Assembly (NCBI RefSeq): GCF_964204865.1
Contig: NC_135255.1
Span: forward strand, 7,254,001-7,318,000
From: Styela clava
Lineage: Eukaryota
DNA length: 64,000 nucleotides
Reading direction: 5' to 3'
Both the position numbers and the translations under genes were made by a program. The stretch's first letter is position 1; each line of letters opens with the position of its first letter. Below, piece after piece: positions 14,147 through 29,290 of this stretch. The notes beneath the pieces are model-generated. The model was given only the letters and a program-made list of their open reading frames with translations, was not told where the DNA came from and ran no database searches.

Positions 14147-15186
14147 ATGAATGCAAAATCATTCATACGACCTGATAACTATACGACCGACAATGATGCT
14201 AAAAGTACAACAAAGACGTTTAAAGCAACCTTGGTTTGGAATAATCTTGTTGATACTTTCAAGTCAAAAATGCAATGCAAGGAAATAAGAAGAAATCTCA
14301 AAATTTATGAAGAATGTTTTACGGGATCATCTGCAGTTGATACAATGCATTTCATTTTACTATCAAAGAAACAATTTGGAAATATTTTACGCATTCAGGT
14401 ATGGTTTCGTATCTTCTTTCATGAATTGAATCGAATTATAATATTCCACGTCAAAATTCATAAATTTAATTCCTTTTTTATATAATTATTTAATTCTGAT
14501 ACATTTCTTAATCAGGTTGCCAAACTTCTTCAAAAATTCATTGAACAACATCTAATCGAAGATGTCCATGGAAAATGGATGAATAAAAAATTTGTTGATT
14601 CCGGAAAGCTTTACAGGTAATTATTAAAGGTTAATTAAATATTATTTTTATTAATATTAGCATAATATCTGATGTATTAAACATTAAAAAGATTTATTGA
14701 CTGCTTAAAAAAATATTAATACTAATTTACACTGAGGTATTCTCATCTTTCGTCGATATATTTTTAAAACTCGTTTTTCATTTGCCTATCAGATTTCCCA
14801 AACATCCTGAACTCTCTCCACTCGAGAGTACTGCAAAGACACCAAACCTCCCTCATAGAAGATCCAAATCTCTCCGCTCATACTTTATGCAACCAAAGGT
14901 ATGTATTCACGCATTAAAATGTTTAAACTTATATTTATTTATGCATTAGATTGTTACATGTTGATTTCTGACAACTTTGAACTGTGCAATAATTCAAAAC
15001 AACGTTTTACAGCTGACCACACTACGAACAAAAAAGTCAGTCAACAATTCACCATCGGTACTTCGAAAATATTCAACTTCAAGTTCAATGTTCGAATTCT
15101 CAACGGAAGAAAACTCTTGTGCAGTTATCAAAGGCACGAGATTCTTTTTATCATCGTCCTCGAAAGTCCAAAATCAAAAGTTTTGA
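14147..15186 (+). CDS. DEP-domain-only protein type B, copy B3
   Basis: All four exons are open with GT-AG sites retained; near-identical to B1. Confidence 0.82.
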
Positions 15187-16836
15187 GTGTACTGGAAAAT
15201 TTAGTTTCGCTGTATCAAAAATGAATGGAAAGAGAGGCGACAAATGCAAATTAGAACTAAACGCTTATTATTAATCTATTCAAACTTAGAAAACTTTATG
15301 TGAACGACTGACCTATATCTAATCTACATCTCTTTTCTTTGTCATTACAATTATTTTTATATTTTTATATTCCTTGTTCCCTTGCTTGAATAACTCTACT
15401 GCCCACAAATTGTTAGGTCTTTCAATCTTTTGATGTTTTTGCAATCAAAATATAAATATATTTTTAAAAGATATCGTCTGTAATATGTATGATTTGCATA
15501 GTTTATCAGTCAAACACCATGTTACTGTTTGATTATAAGAACTCGATCTGATGCAGGTACTGTTGTCAATTAGTAAAGAAGGTAGGTTTCGATTGTTACT
15601 TCAAGGATTATAAAATATTTTCCAGTTCTATTATCTGGTTGATCTGAAGATAAATATCTATCTATGCTCAGTTATGGGTGTTTTTAACAAAACATCTCAT
15701 AAATTGTAAATCTAAATTAATTGGTGGAGCGTATCCACAATTAAATCATTTCAAATTCGTTGTTCAAAAAATATAGAAATGGTTAGCCTATTCGATCGGA
15801 AATGAAATATTTCGTAATATATGGTTATGATCAAAATATTTGAAACTTTCAATGCTGAAAAAGAAAATTTTGATATGGTAGTCCTGTGACGTATTGTTGG
15901 GATGATATGATATAAATGGTTATTAGGGGCGAAGTGGACCTTTTTGCTGTTGCTGTTGTTGTGGTGAATTAACCAACTATTGAACAAATTTATCTGAAAT
16001 TGACCCGATTTTTGAAGAAGTTGAACTACTTGAAGGTAACACCAAGTAGGCTTATCGTTAATCCCTTATTCCGATGGCCGGTAATCCACGGTTTCGAGGA
16101 GTGATCTGTCTCGATTGTTTGAAACTGTACAATCGGACATCAAGAAATTGGAAATTGAAAAGTCTGAACCCGTTTCAGAATCATCTCATTAGGATGCGCA
16201 ATCCAGTTTTAAAAGTCCTGATTCGAAGAACGATCACACAATTCACACAACGATGACCACACTCTAAACTAGGTACGGAAAATTAACGGTCAAAGGTAAA
16301 GTACTGTAAAAGATTAGATTCTGCAGTTGTGAGTCGAATCGTTTGGTATTTTATTTCACGTTGGCAATAGACGCTTGGATCATCATTGTCATAGGTCTTA
16401 CATAGGACCTGGCGAACCTAGTAAAATGCGGTACCATACCTCTACTGGTAAGTTACGATGCTCATCTGCGTTGTCCAGGCTATGAATTTTGAGAAAAACG
16501 TGGGTGAAATATTTCGTTTTAGCCTCCGTGTCCATATATTTTAGCATTGCTTTCTTGTGAGCTCATCTAATGTGTTCGCCACGATTTCCCTGACCAAACT
16601 TAATTTAAACTTAATACGTATATTACAATTTCTAGTTTTCAACCTAACCTGTAATATACTTTAACAACTCAAATAATCTTTATATAATTGCATAAAAATT
16701 ATAAAAAAGTAAATGATCAATTGCATGATAAAAAAATAACACATAATTTGCAATACATGAATTGTAACAAAAATAGATACAGAAATTGCATTATTTAAAA
16801 ATAAAGTGCTGGAGAATTGAAATTTTCAAGAAAAAC

Positions 16837-17961
16837 TTATTGCGTATTTGATTGCTTAAAATTTAGAGAAAATAAAATTCTAGCAATTTTTATGACGTTG
16901 GAAGATTCCCTATCCGATGTATCTTTCGCGTTGTAGGAACTGATTGAGTATTTTTTTACCTTTGCCGGAGAATGAGCCATAATTGATTTCGATCTTGAAA
17001 GAGACTAAAAATAAAATAAAAATTGTAATTGACGTAAATAAATAAAATGACTAAGCATCGCAGTAGCATCAACAAAATACCATATATATCGTACTTGCTT
17101 GCGTGGACAAAAACGCGTCATAAGAATAATATCAGATATACACATATCAATAAAATATCAACAGATGACAAACCTTCGTTCTTAATAGTGGTTGGATGGA
17201 ACCACTTCGATTCAAGGACATGTCTTTATTACCATTCAATTCTTTTTGTAAAGCACATTTAGAAAATTTGCAAATAGGAATAGCAACGTTTATTGTGAGT
17301 TAAACAACTCTTTCTTTCCGATAGAAATGTCATTACAGCTAAAAAGTTCTATGGAATTTTGCATCTACCTAAAACATAGACCATTACAATATAAAATAAG
17401 TACTCTCTTAAAATAAATTGTGACATTGATGGAAAACTGACCACCTATAAATAAAACTTCCTGTTTTATTTTGAATAAGGTTATATATTTACCTATATAA
17501 TTTTCCCGAATCGCTGAACTCTTCCGACAACCATTTGCCATTAACATCTTCTATAATACGTTGATCCATGAATTTCTGTAGCAGTTTTTTGGCCTGAGGG
17601 TTAAATAAAAACATTTAAAACATTTTGAAAATGTTTGAAAACTAAATCTTTAAAAATAATACTATTCCATTGTGAAAACTCGCAATTTCTTTTCTAGTTT
17701 CCGTACCTGACATCTTAACACGTTCTCATAGTTTCCTATTTCCTCTAAAATAGAATGCATTGTGGTGACAGCTGATGAACCAGTGAAACAATCTTCATAA
17801 ATTTTAAGATTTTTTCGTCTCCGGCCGCAATACATTTGTGATTCGAACGAATTCACAATAATGTTCCATATCTTTGTTGCTTTGAAAGCTCTGTTTTCTG
17901 ATTTTGTGTTTTCGATGAGACAATTGTTGTAGTCTAATTCTTCTCCATTTTGATTTTCCAT
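16837..17961 (-). pseudogene. Type A DEP gene copy A3 with mutated exon 3 acceptor
   Basis: DEP exons 1-2 are intact, but the exon 3 acceptor is ttgcaa instead of ttgcag (~17267) and intron 3 is shortened. It may be a pseudogene or an altered-splicing variant. Confidence 0.6.
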
Positions 17962-19318
17962 AGTTTTTCAAGCTATGCCGCTAATTTATTCTTACTTAGC
18001 TATGCTAATAATGATAACTGACTTTCTAAACGAGTCATAAATATTAATATATTAATAATAATCATTGTTGAAAGATAAATTTGTTATGATCATAATCCGT
18101 TAATCCGTTATTCCGATGACAGGTAATCCACGGTTTCGAGGAGTGATCTGTCTCGATTATTTGAAACTATACAATCGGACATCAAGAAATTGGAAATTGA
18201 AAAGTCTGAACCCGTTTCAGAATCATCTTATTAGGATGCGCAATCCAGTTCTCCACGATATCCTTGATCAAACCTAATTTAAGCTTAATACGTATTGTTG
18301 TAGTCTAATTCTTCTCTATTTTGATTTTCCATAGTTTTTCAAGCTATGCCGCTAATTTATTCTTACTTAGCTATGCTAATAATGATAACTGACTTTCTAA
18401 ACGAGTCATAAATATTAATATATTAATAATAATCATTGTTGAAAGATAAATTTGTTATGATCATAATGGAACTTGATAATCAGTTATGATAAAGAGATAA
18501 GGCGTTCATTGAACCATCACCCTTCAATATTATATTAATTGGCATTGGATTTATAACATCAAATACCTCGCCGTAACTTTATCTTTATATTTCTTTAATT
18601 AACGTCTTTGCAGGAAAAATTCTATTGGATTATCTTTACTGGAATACTATAAACATTCACATATCTATAGCGTTTATATACTATTAAAACAAGAAAACTG
18701 AAGCACATTCACATTTGGTTCAAAGGCCAAAACGAAGTATCATCAAATCTTTTACAGTACCAGTAGTGTGACCACCAACCACAATTCAATCGCGGAAACG
18801 CCATATAGTGCCTACATATGATCTACATATCTATGTTCTCAATTTACCTATATTTTATTTTCAATGCGTCTATGACCTATCCTACAAGAGAATATAATAA
18901 TTAAACGACCGTTCTTATATTTATAATAAAATTGATGAACTTGTTTCATAATCATCTTCTAATTGACAAACATAATTAATTAGTGTGAAGCGTGACCGCA
19001 ACAAAAATAGCTATCAGGTGCAATTCCAGACATCCGACGTTCAGCGCCAAACCTCCGTCATATATGGAAGCCGGCGGCAACCGCAGGAGACTATCCCGCA
19101 GAGCGAAATGAAATGCAAGCTATGATATCGAATACAATCACGAAGTTGTCTGAAATAGGTGAAATGCATAAACTTGTGCATATCACTGAAACAAATAAAA
19201 CAAATAAAATGATTCATGAAAATATGTTATTTAATAATTGATAAAATATTGATAACAGAGGTATATTTGATGATATTAGATAAGTCAGTTAATTTGATTT
19301 CTCGAGGATGATATCGGA

Positions 19319-20430
19319 ATGAATGAAAATCATTCTTAGGAACTGATAACATTGACTATACGACTGATGATGATGCTGAAGGCACGAGGAGGACAGTTGA
19401 AGCAACATTGGTTTCGAATAATCTCGTCGATTCTTTTGAGTCAAAAATGCAATGCAAGAAAATAAGAAGAAATCTGGAAATTTATTAAGAATGTTTCACG
19501 GGCACCTATGCATCGTATCAACTGCAGGTGATCAGTTGATACGATGCATAGGTGCAATTCCAGACATCAGTCGTTTAGCGCCCAACCTCCTTCATATATT
19601 GAAGCCGGCAAAAACAGGTATGGTTTCGTATCTTCTTTTATGAATTGAATCGAATCATGATATTCCACGTCAAAACTAATAAATTTAATTCTATTTTTAA
19701 ATGATTATTTAATTCTAATACATTTCTTAATCAGGTTGCCAAACTTCTTCAAAAATTCATTGAACAACAACTAATGGAAGATATACACGGAAAATGGATG
19801 AATGAAAAATTTGTTGATTCCGGAAATCTTTACAGGTAAATATTAATTAAAAGTTAATAAGATATTGTTTTTATTAGTATTAGCATAATATCTGATGTAT
19901 TAAACATTAAAAAGATTTATTGACTGCTCAAAAAATATTAATACTAATTTACACTGAGGTATTCTCATCTTTCGTCGATATATTTTGAAAACACGTTTTT
20001 CATTTTCTTATTAGGTTTCCCAAAAACCATGTACTCTCTCCACTCGAGAGTACTGCAAAGACACCAAACCTCCCTCATGGAAGATCCAAATCTCTCCGCT
20101 CATACTTTATGCAATCTATGGTAGGTATTCACGCATTAAAATGTTTAAACCTATATTTATTTATTTATTTATGCATTAGTTTATTACTTGTTGATTTCTG
20201 ACAACTTTGAACTGTGCAATAATTCAAAACAACGTTTTACAGCTGACCACACTACGAACAAAAAAGTCAGTCAACAAATCACCATCGGTACTTAGAAAAT
20301 ATTCAACTTCAAGTTCAATGTTCAATTCTCAACGGAAAAAAACTCTTGTGCAGTTATCAAAGGGGCGAGATTCTTTTTAACATCGTCTTCGAAAGTCCAA
20401 AATCAAAAGTGTACTGGAAAATTTAGTTTC
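19319..20430 (+). pseudogene. Diverged type B DEP pseudogene (B4)
   Basis: Exon 1 has an early frameshift/stop and TAT TAA in the KIYEEC motif, and is interrupted near 19510-19617 by a foreign module. Exons 2-4 are recognisable. Confidence 0.75.
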
Positions 20431-21682
20431 GCTGTATCAAAAATGAATGGAAAGAGAAGCGACAAATGCAAATCATAACTAAACGCTTATTATTAATCTA
20501 TTCAAACTTAGAAAACTTTATGTGAACGACTGCCCTATATCTAATCTACATCTCCTTTTTTTTCATTACAATTATTTTTATATTTTTATATTCCTTGTTC
20601 CCTTGCTTGAATAACTCTATTGCCCACAAATTGTTAGGTCTTTCAATCTTCTGATGTTTTTTGTAATCAAAATAAAGATATATTTTTGAAAGATATCGTT
20701 TGTAATATGTTAGATTTGCATAGTTTATCAGTCAAACACCATGTTACTGTTTGATTATAAGAACTTGATCTGATGCAGGTACTGTTGTCAATTAGTAAAG
20801 AAGGTAGGTTTCGATTGGTAATTCAAGGTTATAAAATATTTTTGGTTGATCTGAAGATGAATATCTATCTATGCTCAGTTATGGGTGTTTTTAACAAAAT
20901 ATCTCCTAAATTGTAATTGTAAATTGATTGGTGGAGCGTATCCACAATGAAATCATTTCGAATTTGTTGTTCAAAAAATATAGGAATGGTTAGCATATTC
21001 GATCGGAAATGAAATATTTCGTAATATTTGGTTATGATCGAAATATTTGAAACTTTCAATGTTGAAAAAGAAAATTTTTATATGGTAGTCCTGTGACGTA
21101 TTGCTGGGATGATATGATATAAATGGCTATTAGGGACGAAGTGGACTTTTTCGCTGTTGCTGTTGTTGTGGTGAATTAACCAACTATTGAACAAATTTAT
21201 CTGAAATTAACCCGATTTTTGAAGAAGTTGAACTACTTGAAGCTAACACCAAGTAGGCTTATCGTTAATCCGTTATTCCGATGACCAGTAATCCACGGTT
21301 TCGAGGAGTGATCTGTCTCGATTCTTTGAAACTATACAATCGGACATCAAGAAATGTGAAATTGAAAAGTCTGAACCCGTTTCAGAATCATCTTATTAGG
21401 ATGCGCAATCCAGTTCGCCACGATATCCTTGATCAAACTTAATTTAAACTTAATACGTATATTACAATTTCTAGTTTTCAACCCAACCTGTAATATACTT
21501 TAACAACTCAAATTATAAATAAACTTTATATAATTGCATAAAAATTATAAAAAAGTAAATGATCAATTGCATGATAAAAAAATAACACATAATTTGCAAT
21601 ATATGAATTGTAACCTAAATCGATACAGACATTGCATTATTCAAAAATAAAGTGCTGGAGAATTAAAATTTTCAGGAAAAAC

Positions 21683-22894
21683 TTATTTCGTATTTGATTG
21701 CTTAAAATTTAGAGAAAATAAAATTCTAGCAATTTTTTTGACGTTGGAAGATTCCCTATCCGATGTGTCTTTTGCGTTGTAGGAACTGATTGAGTATTTT
21801 TTCACCTTTGTCGGAGAATGAGTCATAATTGATTTCGATCTTGAAAGAGACTAAAAATAAAATAAAAACTTTTAATTGGCGTAAATAATTTTTCACTTGT
21901 TAATTATTTTTTACTTTTTAGGAAATTAAATGTATAATAAATAATATTATTATTAATATATTTCAATTGAAATTTGACTAAGCTTCGCAGTAGCATCAAT
22001 AAAATACAATATATATCGTACTTGCTTGCCTGGACAAAAACGCGTTATAAGAATAATATTATATATGCAGATATCAATAAAATATATCAACAGATGACAA
22101 ACCTTCGTTCTTAGTAGTGATTGGGTGGAACCACTTTGATTCAAGGACATGTCTTTTTTACCATTCAATTCGTTTTGAAAATCATATTTAAAAAATCTGC
22201 AAAAAAATAGCAACGTTTATTGTGAGTTATAAACAGCTCTTTGTTTCCGATAGCAATGCCGTCACAGCAAAAAGTTCTATAGAAATTTTGCATCTATCTA
22301 AAACATAGACCATAACAATATAAAATAAGTAGTTTCTTAAAATAAATTGTGACATTTATGTAAAAGTGACCACCTATAAATAAAACTTTCTGTTTTATTT
22401 TGGAATAAGGTTATATATTTACCTATATAATTTTCCCGAATCTTTGAATTCTTCCGACAACCATTTGCCATTAACATCTTCTATAATACGTTGATCCATG
22501 AATTTCTGTAGCAGTTTTTTGGCCTGGGGATTAAATAAAAACATTTAGGACATTTTGAGAATGTTTGAAAACTAAACCTTTAAAAATAATTCGATTCCAT
22601 TGAAGTGTAAACTCGCAATTTCTGTTCTAGTCTCCGTACCTGACATCTTGACACGTTCTCATAGTTTTCTATTTCCTCCAAAATAGAATGCACTGTGGTG
22701 ACAGCTGATGAACCGGTGAAACAATCTTCATAAATTTTAAGATTTTTTCGCCTCCGGCCGCAATACATTTGTGATTCAAACGAATTCACAATAACCTTCC
22801 ATATCCTTGTTGCTTTAAAAGCTTTGTTTTCTGATTTTGTGTTTCCGATGAGACAATTGTTGTAGTCTAATTCTTCTCCATTTTGATTTTCCAT
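21683..22894 (-). CDS. DEP-domain-only protein type A, copy A4 (A1-like)
   Basis: Near-identical to A1 (offset ~20.4 kb), with splice sites intact. Confidence 0.82.
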
Positions 22895-25113
22895 AGTTTT
22901 TCAAGTTATGCTGCTAATTAAGATTTATTCTTACTTAGCTATGCTAATGATGATAACTGACTTTCTAAACAAGTCATATATATTAATATATTAATTATAA
23001 TAATCGATGAAAGATAAATTTGTTATGATCATAATGGAACTTGATAATCACTTATGATAAAGAGATAAGGCGTTCATTGAACCATCGCCTTCCAATAATA
23101 TGTTAATTGGCATTGGATTTTTAACATCAAATACCTCGCCATAACTTTATCTTTACATTTCTTTAATTAACGTCTCTGCAAGAAAAATTCTATCGGATTA
23201 TATTTACTGGAATACTATAAGCATTCAAATATTACGCCCCGTATTACACAGTTGAGTAAATGGCGATACCATGGCGTTTATCTACTATTAAAACAAGAAA
23301 TCTACGACCATATAATCCTAAGACTTAAGCGCATTCACATTTGGGTCGAAGAGCAAAACGAAGTATCATCAAATCATTTACAGTACCAGTAGTGTGACCA
23401 CCTACCACATCGCTGAAATTCAATCGCGGAAACGCCATATACATATGATCTACCTATCTATCTTCTCAAATTACCTATATTTTATTTTCAATGCGTCTAT
23501 GACTTATCTTACAAGAGAATATAATAATTAAACGACCAGTCTTTTATTTATAATAAAATGTATGAACTTGTTTAATAATCATCTTGTAATTGACAAACAT
23601 AATTAATTAGTGTGAAGCGTGTCCGCAACAAAAATAACTATCAGGTGCAATTTCAGACATCCGACGTTCAGCGCCAAACCTCCGTCAGATATGGAAGCCG
23701 GCGGCAACCGCGAAGACTATCCCGCAGAGTTGTCTCAAATGGATGAAATGCAGGAATTTGAACACAAAACTGATTTTTTTCTAGGGTTTATTCAACTTTG
23801 GTCACCAATAGCAGGTCTCCATTACCTTGAACCCAATCATTAAATGTAATGTGATTGGATCGCAATTGTACACAATTGATAGATGGTACACTTTATTATT
23901 AATTCTATTACTCGGAAACATTAACACCTCGATAATTTAATATTGAATAACCAAATGTGAAATCAACTACAATCTAGATTGTTTTTTATTCACAGTTACA
24001 TTTTTGTAAGCGATGGAGACTATTTAAAGTTTGCGCCAGAATTATATATAGGATATATTGTATATATATAATATATATGTTATCCCTTTAGGCATATTGA
24101 AAATGATGGAGCATGCACTCAAAATCTTTTTTGGTTTTAATTCATTTTTAATAATATATATGCGCAATCAAAAAATATATATAAACCATTTTATAAAATA
24201 CAAAATATAACCCATAACTTACAACAATATAATCTCTTTCCTTTGTGTTTTTTTTTTCTCTTTTCGCACTGTGTCCAAAAGTGTGAATCTATCAAATAAC
24301 TTTTTTCGCATTTTTTTAATGTGTTGCATCTGATACGTTAAATGATATTGGATCATCCCTAGGTTTTCACACTTTGTGCACTTCCTGATTTAAAAAATTA
24401 TCTCTTATTAAATTGCTCGAGAGTGTTGAGAAACTCCGGATTTTCGTTGTGGTTCAAGAGTTGAGTGGGTCACATGGAACCAGTTATCAACGACATAAAA
24501 TTTAATCGACTTTTTCTGGATATTATATCCATTTTATTAATGTAAATTATAATGTTGAAGAGATAACAAGTTTGAACCTTTTGTATTATCGCCATTTATA
24601 AAAATATATGAAATGAACTTGTGAGTTTTGCTATACTCTGTATGCATTACTGTATCATAACGCCTGATCGTTATATGTAAAAGTGAAGGTAAAATGCGCT
24701 AAGAAAACTGATCTGATTGCGACAAATCAGAAAAACCTAATTATAAAATACAGATAATGTATTGTTGCAAGCACCAACCGCGTTCGTCAAACGATTCACA
24801 AGATTTGAACATGCAATTTACGCAAAAAGGAGGATAAAAAGTTAATTAACTGTTTTATTGTTATTTAGTATTAAATAAGCTTATCATTAAATCTTCTCAT
24901 CGCAAAAGTAAGATAAGAAAAATCGGCTCAACCAAACTTAATTACACAATATCAAAAGAAACAAATCACATGATTCTTATCTGTCAGTTTTTAATTGATA
25001 AAATATTGAAAACAGAAGTATATATATTGTTATTTAGAAAGTCAGTTAGCATTAATTAACTCAGGGAAGCAAATTGAACTGACTAAATTTAATTTCTTGA
25101 GGACAATATCGAA

Positions 25114-26162
25114 ATGAATGCAAAATCATTCATACGACCTGATAACTATACGACCGACAATGATGCTAAAAGTACAACAAAGACGTTTAAAGCAACCTTG
25201 GTTTGGAATATTCTTGTTGATACTTTCAAGTCAAAAATGCAATGCAAGAAAACAAGAAGGAATCTGAAAATTTATGAAGAATGTTTTACGGGATCATCTG
25301 CAGTTGATACAATGCATTTCATTTTACTATCAAAAAAACAATTTGGAAATATTTTACGCATTCAGGTATGGTTTCGTATTTTATTTCATGAATTGAATCG
25401 AATTATGATATTCCACGTCAAAATTCATAAATTTAATTCCTTTTTTTATATAATTATTTAATTCTAATACATTTCTTAATCAGGTTGCCAAACTTCTTCA
25501 AAAACTCATTGAACAACATCTAATCGAAGATATCCATGGAAAATGGATGAATGAAAAATTTGTTGATTCCGGAAAGCTTTACAGGTAATTATTAATTCAG
25601 GGTTAATAAAATATTATTTTTATTAGTATTAGCATAATATCTGATGTATTAAACATTAAAAAGATTTATTGACTGCTTAAAAAAATATTAATACTAATTT
25701 ACACTGAGGTATTCTCATCTTTCGTCGATATATTTTGAAAACTCGTTTCTCATTTGCCTATTAGATTTCCCAAAGATCCTGAACTCTCTTTACTCGAGAG
25801 TACTGCAAAGACAACAAATTCCCCTCATAGAAGATCCAAATCTCTCCGCTCATACTTTATGCAACCAAAGGTATGTATTCACGCATTAAAAAGTTTAATC
25901 TTATATATATTTATTTATGAATTAGTTTGTTACATGCTGATTTCTGACAACTTTGAACTGTGCAATAATTCAAAACTACGTTTTACAGCTGACCACACTA
26001 CGAACAAAAAAGTTAGTCAACAAATCACCATCGGTACTTAGAAAATATTCAACCTCAAGTTCAATGTTCGAATTCTCATCGGAAAAAAACTCTTGTGCAG
26101 TTATCAAAAGCGCGAGATTCTTTTTAAAATCGACTTCAAAAGTCCAAAATCAAAAGTTTTGA
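25114..26162 (+). CDS. DEP-domain-only protein type B, copy B5
   Basis: Four exons open and in frame as in B1 and B3. Confidence 0.82.
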
Positions 26163-26839
26163 GTGTACTGGAAAATTTAGTTTCGCTGTATCGAAAATGA
26201 ATGGAAAGAGAAGCGACAAATGCAAATCAGAACTAAACGCTTATTGTTAATCTATTCAAACTTAGAATACTTTATGTGAACAATTGACCTATATCTAATC
26301 CACATCTCTTTTCTTTTTCAATACAATTATTTTTATATTTTTATATTCCTTGTTCTCTTGCTTGAATAACTCTATTGCCCACAAATTGTTAAGTCTTTCA
26401 ATCTTCTGATGTTTTTTGCAATCAAAATATAGATATATTTTTAAAAGATATCGTCTGTAATATGTAAGATTTGCATAGTTTATCAATCAAACACAATGTT
26501 ACTGTTTGATTATAAGAACTCGATCTGATGCAGGTACTGTTGTCAATTAGTAAAGAAGGTAGGTTTCGATTGGTATATGGTTCATAACTAAATTACTGCC
26601 CTATCTAATCCTAATACCAGTACAAATAATTGAGATCAGGCGCACAGCTAGGATTTTCATAAGGGATCGGAAATCGGAAATTACCATTGCCGTCGGTAAC
26701 AGTCACCGCGATTACACGCTCGTTGAAAGAGCCGCCGTTTCAGCGTATAATGATTTTTCTGTCGCGTAAAATATTCAATCTATGAAAATTACGGTATTCT
26801 AAAATGTCCTTATATACCAATTTAATTGTGTCCAACTTA

Positions 26840-28290
26840 TACCGTCACATACATTTGAAAAGTTTTCTCCTCATTTTTAGCTGCAAATCTTTGATTAGAT
26901 CCTCAAAGCTAAGATTAAGTAACACATCTATACTTAACAGAGATAAAGCATCTAGTCCAGGGGTGGCCAACCAGTCAGAGACAAACAGCAGCATTTCGTA
27001 CTTTATTACCGCGAAGAGCCACATTATAAACAAGAACACACATGAACATCAGATATACCTCTATTCAGCCCTGCTAGAATGCTAGTATATAGTAAATGTC
27101 ACCAACCAACATGATTATGACTGAAATTTACAAGCCATTCATAGATATTCATGCTACTTAGTGGAACTTTTGTCATACCTTGGATTGAACAATCCTCTTC
27201 AAATTTGGTTTGTATGTCGTTGTAGCCAACCGAGTCAATTCGTTCACATTGGTATGAGTCAGAACAGATCAATGCTGTGATTCCACCTGTTTTAGGGTGG
27301 AAAACACAGATTCGCAGACGTATGTTGACCCAAACATTGACAATATCCCACGCTCAGCTCGTTTGACATGAGGTATTTTTCCATTGGCACGCTTTTCCTT
27401 AACTCAATAGTCCCTTCCCTAAAAGCCCATTTCAGTTGGTCTTCCTAATAAAGACCGATCATCATTAACTCAGTTGCAGCCTCATCTGAGACTAGAGTGA
27501 ATTTCAAACAATCCGTCTCAGAATTAAATGAGTCATCGACGACGTAATCTGTGAAGTTTCATCAATCGCAATTCAATCACTTCACTCAAATGGTAGACTG
27601 CGCCGAACTCCGTTTTCGATACGATTACGATAGCATAATGTACGATTGCATGGTAAAGTAAATGAAGCCGTTCATGTATCTTCAATGTAAAAAAAAGAAT
27701 GCACGATAAATCATAATATGTTTATTCGCCAATCACTGAACCCCTTCTTTTGTAATAAAATTAGTGAAATTGTTCGGAGAAAACAGTTTACAAACAAAAC
27801 AATAAACTGATTCTGTTGATGGTGAATACATTAACCACTCTCTCCCATTTCTCACCATTGACTTTCGCCCGAACAACCCTTCTGCGAACAATACCCTACT
27901 CTGGTTTGCCACCACTGAAATAACGGTTAGACTTGTCAAAAGATTCATTATGATGCTGATAGTTACTGGGTCCACGAGCAATCCAATGAGCCACATCATC
28001 AGTGGAGAAATCAATCCACAGACCTGGATTCTCTGCTATATTGTGATTTATTTCATCTTTTGCAGATAGATTATTTTCAGCACCATCACATTGGTTCATC
28101 CGGGCATTTTGATACTGGTGCTGTTTATTCTTATTTCTGTGCTAAATGTACCCGCCTAGGAAACGACGTCACAATTTGATTCTGAAGTAAGCAAGTTGGA
28201 ATTTATTTTATTTGTATCTACTTCTGATGACAGAGATTGGCTTTTACCTGGTATCAGTGTATCATGTTTTGATACTCGTGTAAAGAAAGA
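26840..28290 (-). mobile_element. Internally deleted hAT (ZMYM1/Charlie-like) transposase remnant
   Basis: N-terminal NPGLW..WIARGP and a TTF-type zinc finger (REWLMYSPSTESVYCFVCKLF, 27733-28099). The C-terminal dimerisation-end motif LDALSLLSIDVLLNLSFEDLIKD..RRKLF is at 26845-26960. The catalytic core is missing. Confidence 0.7.
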
Positions 28291-28299
28291 GGCCAAAGC

Positions 28300-28476
28300 T
28301 TTCACGAAAGCGAGATTGAATTCTGCTCCAGATTTTTCATGTGCATTCATATTGATTTCGGGCGAATTATGTCGTATAATTAGCGAGGTGTTAATTAATT
28401 AATGATGGGACACATGGTGTCACTATGGAGTAAGAGCGCTGTTTTGGGGATCCCCCAACTTTCGATCGATAAGTCG
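28300..28476 (+). mobile_element. DINE-1/HINE-like non-autonomous repeat, 3' part
   Basis: Homologous to 52470-52616. It has a 3' hairpin (ttgggga-tcccccaa) and a cgatcgataagtc end. Confidence 0.5.
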
Positions 28477-29004
28477 TGTTATCTGAAACAAAAGAGCAAT
28501 ACTACATGGACACAAAAGACGAAAAGAAATTTTTAACCATATGTAAATAAAAAATACGTTAATTTTACTGCATGTACCAGTAAACAGGTAAATTAAACTA
28601 ACCTCATTTCACTATTTGACGTGCTAGGCAGTGGTAACATTAATATAACTAGAGTCTTTTATATGTTTATAGTACAGAAATAGTCTAGCTTCCTAGGTTT
28701 TCATCAATTGATGTATCAGGATATGATTTCCATATATCCTGGATTCCCCGGAGAGTGTGACGATGAAGTCTCATGCGACAAGTCTCAACGTGGCTGCTCC
28801 CAGTATCGCGTCAATTTGCATATACAAATCAAATACAAAAATTCCTGAAGTACTAATATTCCCACAGCACTAATAATCTAACTAACTCTTGTTTGGCCGA
28901 CAAACTATTCAAGCATTTTAAATATCACAGACGATGTGTTATAAAAAATATTTTATCTTCTGAATGCAAACGAATCAACAGGTATAAGGCACAAAACATA
29001 CTTT

Positions 29005-29290
29005 TTCATTTATTTTTTTTATTCTTCCATCAATGAGTTGTATAATTTTGCCATGTATTCATTGATTGTTTGAATCAACTATTCGTAAATTATAACTTTT
29101 TCATTCATTTTCTTTTTTTTGGTTCATCAATGAATTGAATAATTTTGCCATGTATTTATTGATTGTATGAATCAACTATTCGTAAATTATAACTTTTTCA
29201 TTCATTTTCTTTTTTTTGGTTCATCAATGAATTGAATAATTTTTCCATGTATTTATTGATTGTATGAATCAACTATTCGTAAATTATAGA
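29005..29290. repeat. 97 bp tandem repeat (three copies here, two in later units, one in the last)
   Basis: (t)gccatgtatt..gaatcaactattcgtaaattata recurs at ~29049, ~29146 and ~29243. Confidence 0.85.

Larger units (their letters stand above)
1..26576. repeat. Tandem/mosaic segmental-duplication array 1 (A/B DEP gene pairs)
   Basis: The same modules recur, e.g. ttagtaaagaaggtaggtttcg at 1, ~6141, ~9467, ~15570, ~20792 and ~26547. The array ends abruptly at ~26576 and runs off the left edge of the window. Confidence 0.92.
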
